DNA of 32,000 nucleotides from Telmatocola sphagniphila (GTDB lineage Bacteria > Planctomycetota > Planctomycetia > Gemmatales > Gemmataceae). Both the position numbers and the translations under genes were made by a program. The DNA lies in contig NZ_CP074694.1 of NCBI RefSeq assembly GCF_018398935.1, forward strand, positions 5,010,001 through 5,042,000, in the 5' to 3' direction. The first letter of the stretch is position 1; each line of letters starts with the position of its first letter. The notes below the pieces were generated by a model. That model was not told the origin of the DNA. It saw only the letters and a list, made by a program, of their open reading frames with translations, and ran no database searches. Below are positions 25,741 to 32,000 of the stretch, piece by piece.

Positions 25741-26816
25741 ATCGATTGACCGCGATCGGCTTGGGACTGTTCATTTTTGCCGTCCCGGGCTGCAAAAAGG
25801 AAATCGAAGAAGCGCGCGAGATCATCCGACCGGTAAAAGTCACCCAGGTTCGCTACGGCCAGACCACCGACCGGGCCAGCTATACCGGCGTGGTGAAAGC
25901 CCGCTATGAAGCCGAACTGGCCTTCCGGGCTAGCGGCAAAATTTTGAGCCGGAAAGTGGAGCTGGGCCAGCGGGTCAAGGCCGGGCAGGTCATCGCCGAG
26001 TTGGACCCTCAAGATTACGTGCTCTCCATGAAGGCCTCCGAAGCTTCCCTGGCAATGGCCGAGGCCGATGCCAAGCAGGCCATCGCCGATGAAGTCCGCA
26101 ACCGCGATCTGGTTCGAGGCAAGGCCATTTCGCCCGCTGATTACGATCGCTACCGAGCGGTCGCCGATGCCCAGATCAAGCGGGTGGAACAGGCGAAAAG
26201 TCAGCTCGATATTTCCCGCAACAAATTGATTTATACCACGCTGAAAGCGGACCACGATGGCGTCATCACCAATCTGATGTTCGAAGTGGGTAAAGTCGTT
26301 GCCGAGGGCACACCAATCGTCGTGGTGTCCCGGACCGATGAACTCGAAGCCGTGGTGGCCATCCCGGAAAATCGGGTGACGGTGGCTCAAACCGCCAAAG
26401 CCAGCGTGGAACTCTGGTCCGATAAGGATCGAAAATTTGCGGCCCGCCTGCGGGAGCTGTCGCCAAATGCGGACCCGATCACCCGCACCTATACCGCCCG
26501 ATTCCATATCGAAAAACCGACCGAGGAAGTTCGCCTCGGCATGACGGCCACCGTGCATCTCGACTCTCTGGATGTCGGCCGCCAGCTGGTCACTTTGCCG
26601 CTGTCGGCCGTCTACGATTCCGGCAAAGGCCCCCGCGTCTGGGTCGTCGATCCGAAAACCGGCAAACTCACTTCCCGTGAAATTCGCGTGAAAGAATACC
26701 ACCAGGACACCATTCTGATCGCTTCCGGGCTGCAGGTGGGAGATCACGTCGTGACCGGGGGCACGCAAAAATTGGATGAAGGCCTGACGGTGCGCGTCGT
26801 GCTCGACAAGCCGTAA
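25737..26816 (+). CDS. RND efflux periplasmic adaptor (membrane fusion protein, HlyD/AcrA family), lipoprotein-type signal
   Basis: MNRLTAIGLGLFIFAVPGCKK has a signal peptide and lipobox-like VPGC. Biotinyl/lipoyl-like and beta-barrel segments follow (GKILSRKVELGQRVKAGQVIAELD; IYTTLKADHDGVITN; VWVVDPKTGKLTSREIRV). In the ORF track it is fused in-frame to the TetR ORF (25050-26816). Confidence 0.88.
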   Translation: MNRLTAIGLGLFIFAVPGCKKEIEEAREIIRPVKVTQVRYGQTTDRASYTGVVKARYEAELAFRASGKILSRKVELGQRVKAGQVIAELDPQDYVLSMKASEASLAMAEADAKQAIADEVRNRDLVRGKAISPADYDRYRAVADAQIKRVEQAKSQLDISRNKLIYTTLKADHDGVITNLMFEVGKVVAEGTPIVVVSRTDELEAVVAIPENRVTVAQTAKASVELWSDKDRKFAARLRELSPNADPITRTYTARFHIEKPTEEVRLGMTATVHLDSLDVGRQLVTLPLSAVYDSGKGPRVWVVDPKTGKLTSREIRVKEYHQDTILIASGLQVGDHVVTGGTQKLDEGLTVRVVLDKP

Positions 26817-26864
26817 CGGATTGGCCCGCGCCCGGATAGACAGTAGGACCGAACGAGAAATTCC

Positions 26865-29800
26865 ATGAAGGCTATGAATCTTTCCGAGTGGGCGGTGAAG
26901 CATCGGTCGCTGGTGCTTTACTTCATTCTCAGCAGTGCCGTCGCCGGATTGATGGCCTACCAGAGCATGGGTCGGGCGGAAGACCCGAGCTTCACGCTCA
27001 AGGTGATGGTGGTGAACGCCTACTGGCCCGGCGCGGATGCGGAGGAAATGCAACGGCAGGTGGCCGATAAGATTGAGAAAAAGCTTCAGGAAGTTCCTTA
27101 CTTCGACAAAGTGATGACCTATTGCCGGCCGGGCGAGGCCTTCATGCAAGTGATTTTGAAAGATACGACTCCGCCGAAGAAAGTTGATCACTGCTGGTAT
27201 CTGATCCGCAAGAAAATCGGAGACATTCGCGGCAATCTGCCTCAGGGTGTCGTCGGCCCGTTTTTCAACGACGAATACAGCGATGTCTATGGGAATGTGT
27301 ACGCTTTGACCGCCGACGCAGGCTTCTCGCAGGCGGAACTGAAAAAGTACGCGGAAGAGATCCGCCAGCGACTTTTGCATGTCGAGCAGGTCGACAAAGT
27401 GACCATCGGCGGCGATCAGCAGGAGAAAGTCTTTGTGGAAGTTTCGCATCGGAAGCTCGCCACGCTGGGTATCTCTCCGAATCAGATATTCGATGCCTTG
27501 CAGAAACAGAATACCGTCGCCTCGGCCGGCAGTGTGGAGACCCAGAGCGAGCGCGTGCAAATCCGCGTGGAGGGTTCCTTCGGTGCGGTCGATCGTATAC
27601 GCGAAATGCCCATCGAAGCTGGAGGGAAGCTGCTGCGGCTCGGCGACATCGCGGAAATTCGTCGTGGCTATGAAGATCCGCCGAGTTACATCATCCGTCA
27701 CAACGGTCGACAGTCGATTCAACTCCAGGTATCGATGGCGGAAAACGGCAACATTCTCCGGCTGGGCGATAGTCTCCGCGAAGAAGTTCAAAACTGCCTG
27801 AACGATCTGCCGCACGGCGTCCATCTCGACCTGGTGAGCGATCAATCGAAGGTCGTTCACGAATCGATTGGCGAATTCACCAAATCTTTTGCCGAAGCCC
27901 TGGCGATTGTTCTCGTCGTCAGCTTCCTGACCTTAGGGCTGCGCACGGGTATCGTAGTGGCTCTCTCGGTGCCGCTGGTGCTGGCGATCTCCTTGACGAT
28001 CATGAAAGCCACCGGCTGGAATCTGGATCGCATCACACTCGGCTCTTTGATCGTCGCACTCGGCTTACTGGTCGATGATGCCATCATCGCCGTGGAAATG
28101 ATGCTGGTGAAGATGGAACAGGGCTGGGATCGCATGAAAGCGGCCTCCTTTGCCTGGACTTCAACGGCTTTTCCCATGCTGACCGGGACTTTGGTGACCG
28201 CCGCCGGTTTTCTGCCGGTCGGTTTTGCCCCTTCGAGCGCTGGGGAATACGCTGGGGGCTTTTTCTGGATTGTCGGTTTAGCTTTACTGGTCTCCTGGGT
28301 AGTGGCCGTGGTGTTCACGCCTTACCTGGGTTACATGCTGCTTCCCGATTTTTCGAAACGCAAGTCGCATAACGCCCACCACGACCTTTACAGCGGCCGG
28401 TTCTACCGTCTGCTGCGCTGGTTAATCGACAAGTGCGTGCGCTTCCGTTTTCTGGTGATTCTGGGCACCGGTGCTTTGTTTGTTGCGGGTGTGGCCGGGT
28501 TCACTCAGGTGGAGCAGCAATTTTTCCCCACTTCGGAACGGACTGAGGTCACCGTCGATCTTCGCCTGAAGGAAGGCTCTTCATTTGAAGCCACTTTGAA
28601 TCTCGTGAAAATTCTGGAGGCGGAACTGCAGCCGGAGCTGGGTCAGAAAATTCTTTACTTCGATACCTATACGGGGGCCGGTTCGCCGCGCTTTCTGCTG
28701 ACGCTTAATCCGGACTTACCCAATCCCAATTTCGCGAAAGTGGTAATTCAAACCCCCGATATCGCCGCTCGGGAGCTCATCCTAACCCGATTGCGGAAAA
28801 TCTTCAACGAAGACGAACGGTTCAGTATCGCCTGGTGCCGCGCTCAACGATTGGAACTGGGGCCACCGGTCGGTTTCCCGGTTCAATTCCGCGTCGTCGG
28901 CGTCGATGCCAAAAAGGTGCGCGAGATCGCCTACGAAGTGCGGGAGCTGATGCGCGAAAACCCGAATGTGCGGGATCCGAATCTGGAATGGAACGAAATG
29001 ACCAAGCGGGTGAATCTGAAAATCGATCAGGATCGACTGCGGGCCATGGGTTTATCGCCGTTTGATGTGAGTAGCGCGCTTCAAACGATGCTTTCGGGTT
29101 ACGCGGTCACTCAATATCGGGAGGGTATCGAACTCATCGATGTCGTCGTGCGGGCCGTTCCTACGGAGCGTTTGAATCTCGACGGCTTGAAAGATATTAA
29201 TCTGACCAATCGACAGGGCTCACCCGTTCCTTTGTCGCAAATCGCCACGCTGGAGTACAGCCACGAGGAGCCTATTCTCTGGCGGCGCAATCGCGATATG
29301 AACATAACGGTGCGCGGCGATGTGCTCGATGGTTTGCAGGCGCCGGATGTGACCATGCAGGTCTGGCCGGAAATTCAAAAACGCATCATCCCCAAATTGC
29401 CGCCCGGCTACCGGATCGAAATCGGGGGTTCGGTCGAGGAATCGGCCAAGGCCAATGATGCTTTGATTTCCATTTTTCCCGCGATGCTGCTGGCCATGCT
29501 GACGCTGCTAATGATTCAGCTGCAAAGCTTCCAACGGGTGATGCTGGTCTTCATGACTGCCCCGCTGGGTATCATCGGTGTGGCGATTTTTCTCCTGGCG
29601 TTCCATCAACCATTCGGGTTCGTGGCTACCTTGGGAGTGATCGCCCTGGCCGGAATGATCATGCGAAATTCGATTATTCTCGTCGATCAGATCGATCAGG
29701 ATATCGAGCACGGCATCGAACCCTGGGAAGCGATTGTCGGCTCGACCGTTCGCCGCGCCCGGCCAGTCGTACTGACTGCGCTGGCGGCTATCCTGTCGAT

Positions 29801-30038
29801 GATCCCGTTATCGCGGAACGCATTCTGGGGACCGATGGCGATTGCCATCATGGGGGGGTTATTGATCGCCACTGTGCTGACACTGGTATTTCTGCCAGCG
29901 CTCTACGCCGCCTGGTTCCGGGTGAAGCGAGTGAAGAAAAACTCGCCGTCACAAAATAAACATCCGGAAACTGTCGACTTGGCAGTCGAAACCGTTCGCG
30001 AGGTTGTCTTTTCGAAAGCACCGCTTGCCAGTACTTGA
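26865..30038 (+). CDS. RND (HAE1/AcrB-family) inner-membrane efflux transporter
   Basis: 1,057 aa. The N-terminus is MNLSEWAVKHRSLVLYFIL. Typical RND TM4/TM10 regions are LGSLIVALGLLVDDAIIAVE and LGVIALAGMIMRNSIILVDQID. There are two large periplasmic loops. Confidence 0.93.
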   Translation: MKAMNLSEWAVKHRSLVLYFILSSAVAGLMAYQSMGRAEDPSFTLKVMVVNAYWPGADAEEMQRQVADKIEKKLQEVPYFDKVMTYCRPGEAFMQVILKDTTPPKKVDHCWYLIRKKIGDIRGNLPQGVVGPFFNDEYSDVYGNVYALTADAGFSQAELKKYAEEIRQRLLHVEQVDKVTIGGDQQEKVFVEVSHRKLATLGISPNQIFDALQKQNTVASAGSVETQSERVQIRVEGSFGAVDRIREMPIEAGGKLLRLGDIAEIRRGYEDPPSYIIRHNGRQSIQLQVSMAENGNILRLGDSLREEVQNCLNDLPHGVHLDLVSDQSKVVHESIGEFTKSFAEALAIVLVVSFLTLGLRTGIVVALSVPLVLAISLTIMKATGWNLDRITLGSLIVALGLLVDDAIIAVEMMLVKMEQGWDRMKAASFAWTSTAFPMLTGTLVTAAGFLPVGFAPSSAGEYAGGFFWIVGLALLVSWVVAVVFTPYLGYMLLPDFSKRKSHNAHHDLYSGRFYRLLRWLIDKCVRFRFLVILGTGALFVAGVAGFTQVEQQFFPTSERTEVTVDLRLKEGSSFEATLNLVKILEAELQPELGQKILYFDTYTGAGSPRFLLTLNPDLPNPNFAKVVIQTPDIAARELILTRLRKIFNEDERFSIAWCRAQRLELGPPVGFPVQFRVVGVDAKKVREIAYEVRELMRENPNVRDPNLEWNEMTKRVNLKIDQDRLRAMGLSPFDVSSALQTMLSGYAVTQYREGIELIDVVVRAVPTERLNLDGLKDINLTNRQGSPVPLSQIATLEYSHEEPILWRRNRDMNITVRGDVLDGLQAPDVTMQVWPEIQKRIIPKLPPGYRIEIGGSVEESAKANDALISIFPAMLLAMLTLLMIQLQSFQRVMLVFMTAPLGIIGVAIFLLAFHQPFGFVATLGVIALAGMIMRNSIILVDQIDQDIEHGIEPWEAIVGSTVRRARPVVLTALAAILSMIPLSRNAFWGPMAIAIMGGLLIATVLTLVFLPALYAAWFRVKRVKKNSPSQNKHPETVDLAVETVREVVFSKAPLAST

Positions 30039-30141
30039 TCCGTCGAGGAATGGAATCATTTCATTTGGAAAGCGAGTTTCGTATCCTTGGCTGAGTAGGC
30101 TCCCCTGAGATTTCGAAACTCGACTTCCTATAATTCTCTCC

Positions 30142-30705
30142 ATGGAAAACATCATCAAAGGAAAGGTGTTCGTCCTGGGGGACAACATCGATACCGACCA
30201 GATCATCCCTGCCGAGTATCTCACTTACAATCCGGCGATTCCGGCGGAGTACAAAATGTTCGGCAAGTTCGCTCTCTGTGGCGTGCCGCCGGCGCAGGCC
30301 GGACTGCCCAAGGGGCATATTCCCTTCCACGATGCCACGGATGAATTCATTTCGCCGTACAGGATCATCATCGGCGGAAAGAACTTCGGTTGCGGCTCCT
30401 CGCGCGAGCATGCACCGATCGCCCTGGCCGCCGCGGGTATCCAGGCCGTCGTAGCGGAATTTTACGCTCGCATCTTCTATCGCAACTCGATCAACGGCGG
30501 CTATCTGCTCCCCATCGAGTCGAAAAAGCGTCTCGTCGATGAAATCTGCACGGGCGACGAGGTCACCATTGATATCGGTGCGGGCTTACTGACGAACCAC
30601 ACCACCGGCGACAAATGGGAACTGGCCCCGCTGGGCGAAGTAGTGCCGATCATTGAGTCCGGTGGCATTTTCAATTACGCCAAGAAGGTGGGCATGTTGA
30701 AGTAA
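30142..30705 (+). CDS. leuD: 3-isopropylmalate dehydratase (or homoaconitase-type) small subunit
   Basis: 187 aa. MENIIKGKVFVLGDNIDTDQIIPAEYL ... GKNFGCGSSREHAPIALAAAGIQAVVAEFYARIFYRNSINGG matches the aconitase swivel-domain small-subunit signature. No leuC lies adjacent. Confidence 0.9.
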   Translation: MENIIKGKVFVLGDNIDTDQIIPAEYLTYNPAIPAEYKMFGKFALCGVPPAQAGLPKGHIPFHDATDEFISPYRIIIGGKNFGCGSSREHAPIALAAAGIQAVVAEFYARIFYRNSINGGYLLPIESKKRLVDEICTGDEVTIDIGAGLLTNHTTGDKWELAPLGEVVPIIESGGIFNYAKKVGMLK

Positions 30706-30713
30706 TTTCCATT

Positions 30714-30787
30714 CCTTTAGCGACGCATCGTAGGCTTTGCGAAGATGCGTTACTTCTGAAAAACGCATCCAACGATGCGTCGCTAAA
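30714..30787. repeat. Inverted pair of REP-like elements (copy B 30714-30751, shortened copy C 30762-30787) forming a large composite palindrome
   Basis: tttagcgacgcatcg at 30716-30730 is the exact reverse complement of cgatgcgtcgctaaa at 30773-30787. Copy B is 34/38 identical to the element at 1336-1373. Copy C lacks the ctttgcgaa segment. Confidence 0.85.
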
Positions 30788-30820
30788 ATTTCGGAATGTT
30801 GACATAAGGTATTTTCGCCC

Positions 30821-31651
30821 ATGCTGACCTTTCTGTTCTGGAATCTAAAAGGGAACGATCTGCGTACTTGGAGCAGTCGCAAAAACACTCTGATCCAGCA
30901 TTTGGATACTCTTGCTGATCATCACGGAATAGATTATCTACTCTTAGCGGAGCCGGGATTTACGATTTCGGATCTCAGTCAGTCTCTGAATCGAAATTTT
31001 GAAATTCTGCCTTCGAATAACCATCGATTTCAAATTCTTAGGAGATCGAGCTCTCCCAAAATTCAAAAACTTTTCGATAGCTTAGACAATCGTCTGAGTA
31101 TTTGGAAACTGCATTTCGGAGCAAAATCATTTTTGCTGGCACTAGTACACTTGAAAGATCAAGGGAATCACCAAATTCATTCGTTGAATCATGCTACAGG
31201 TAAAATTCGACACGAGCTTAAGCGCCAAGAAGATCTAAGCAAGCTATTTCGTACCGTTGTGGTCGGTGACTTCAATCTTAATCCCTACGATGACGGTCTG
31301 TTGGCAGCGAATTCATTTCATGGTATGATGACTGCAGAACTAGCAAGCGTTGGAACACGAGTAATCTCTGGCGAATCTCATCGACTGTTCTACAACCCTA
31401 TGTGGAGTTTTTTCGGAGACCGTAACCCAGGTCCACCAGGAACCTATTTCCATTCTACGACTGATGAAATCAACGCTTGTTGGCATATGTTCGATCAGGT
31501 TCTGGTGAGCACGGAAATGGTAGATGAACTCCAAGAAGTGAGAATTTTGGATTCTGATGGCCGCCAGACTTTGACTACCAAACGAGGAAGACCACGTTCC
31601 GATACGGTTTCCGATCACTTGCCAATTTTGTTTTGCTTGAAGTTGGATTAA
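30821..31651 (+). CDS. Endonuclease/exonuclease/phosphatase (EEP) fold protein
   Basis: 276 aa. All EEP landmark motifs are present in order: FWNLKG, LLLAEPG, VVGDFNLNPYD, MFDQVLVS and SDHLPILF. G+C is much lower than in neighbouring genes. Confidence 0.75.
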   Translation: MLTFLFWNLKGNDLRTWSSRKNTLIQHLDTLADHHGIDYLLLAEPGFTISDLSQSLNRNFEILPSNNHRFQILRRSSSPKIQKLFDSLDNRLSIWKLHFGAKSFLLALVHLKDQGNHQIHSLNHATGKIRHELKRQEDLSKLFRTVVVGDFNLNPYDDGLLAANSFHGMMTAELASVGTRVISGESHRLFYNPMWSFFGDRNPGPPGTYFHSTTDEINACWHMFDQVLVSTEMVDELQEVRILDSDGRQTLTTKRGRPRSDTVSDHLPILFCLKLD

Positions 31652-31661
31652 GGAGAGAACG

Positions 31662-32000
31662 ATGTCCAGCCCGATACTAAATTTGCTTCCGGATTTTAAT
31701 CTGAAGGCTCGCAATCCACTGTCAATTTTGGATGAGTTCGCCCAAGCGATTGCCGAAAAAACAGAAGGTAAAATCCAGGCTAAAATTTACGTGAACGAAG
31801 AAGCCGGCCGGGTAAGCGTCGATTTTGATATAACCGCGAATCATCCTGATCATCCTCGGATTCGATTATTTAGTCTTTCCTACGACATCGATTGTTTTTA
31901 TCCCATACGATTTGATAGCACGGAATATCAAGACGAATTTGGAGTTGTTTATGTGAAAAAATGCAAATCGGAAGCATCATTCACAGAGGCCATAATCGAA
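31662..32000 (+). CDS. Hypothetical protein, 3'-truncated by the window edge (not in the ORF track)
   Basis: The ATG at 31662 is preceded by AAGGAGAG (31650-31657), which overlaps the EEP stop codon. The frame stays open for all 113 codons to base 32000 (MSSPILNLLPDFNLKARNPLSILDEFAQAIAEKTEGKIQAKIYVNEEAGRVSVDFDITANHPDHPRIRLFSLSYDIDCFYPIRFDSTEYQDEF...). It has the same low-GC composition as the EEP gene. No family was recognised. Confidence 0.6.
   Translation, partial: MSSPILNLLPDFNLKARNPLSILDEFAQAIAEKTEGKIQAKIYVNEEAGRVSVDFDITANHPDHPRIRLFSLSYDIDCFYPIRFDSTEYQDEFGVVYVKKCKSEASFTEAIIE

Noticed and set aside
25050-26816. 588-aa ORF read as a genuine TetR-adaptor fusion protein
   Set aside because: The adaptor part begins with its own ATG, signal peptide and lipobox, which must be N-terminal to function. 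The linking 35 codons are compositionally odd. The +1 frame gives a natural TetR C-terminus that stops in an ATGA overlap with the adaptor start. I interpret it as two genes plus a frameshift.
25680-27860. 726-aa ORF on the minus strand
   Set aside because: It lies antisense to the strongly supported adaptor and RND genes. Its product is Arg/Gly/His/Asp-rich with no recognisable motifs. This is a typical shadow ORF in GC-rich coding DNA.
30799-30804. TTGACA hexamer upstream of the EEP gene as a promoter -35 box
   Set aside because: A -10 box at 16-18 nt spacing would fall on or after the ATG at 30821 (TGCTGA). There is no acceptable -10 element.
31340-31714. 124-aa minus-strand ORF spanning the EEP/unknown-ORF junction
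   Set aside because: It is antisense to two co-oriented, SD-coupled ORFs. It has no start context or motifs.

Overview
This 32 kb window looks like a Planctomycetota (Gemmataceae-like) chromosome. That assignment is an inference from protein motifs and composition, not a database hit.

Layout:
- (1) 2-1306 (+): the 3' part of a tail-anchored hypothetical gene.
- (2) 1374-16617 (-): a tightly packed 13-gene cell-envelope polysaccharide locus. It is headed by a NusG/RfaH-like paralogue and a Wzc-like co-polymerase/tyrosine kinase. These are followed by a polyprenyl-phosphate sugar transferase, five glycosyltransferases, an unusual triple-VanZ membrane protein, a Wzm/Wzt ABC exporter, an O-antigen ligase/polymerase-family protein and a hexapeptide acetyltransferase. 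Three gene junctions are ATGA start/stop overlaps.
- (3) 16657-17434: a 780 bp lower-GC divergent control region.
- (4) 17435-24874 (+): one giant 2,479-aa ORF. It has an atypical LESLEDRTVPT leader, Asp-box/BNR propeller-like sequence, a block of uncharacterised repeat modules built around a (T/S)GFGM motif and RTX-like GxGND turns, a (G5S)2 linker, and a C-terminal FG-GAP-like propeller. It ends in TAATAA plus a clean intrinsic terminator.
- (5) 24953-30038 (+): a TetR / membrane-fusion protein / RND efflux operon. It has a near-consensus promoter with an embedded palindromic operator candidate. The TetR gene appears frameshifted near its 3' end.
- (6) 30142-30705 (+): an orphan leuD.
- (7) 30714-30787: an inverted pair of a REP-like palindromic element that also occurs at 1336-1373. 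Immediately after it comes a clearly lower-GC segment (about 30790-32000) carrying an endonuclease/exonuclease/phosphatase-fold gene and a tightly coupled unknown ORF cut by the window end.

No rRNA, tRNA, CRISPR array or transposase was recognised. Many long antisense ORFs in the track are GC-driven shadows of the real genes.

The most novel-looking items are the giant surface protein with its repeat module, the triple-VanZ protein inside the polysaccharide operon, the NusG paralogue at the locus head, the frameshifted efflux repressor, and the low-GC EEP cassette bounded by REP-like palindromes.
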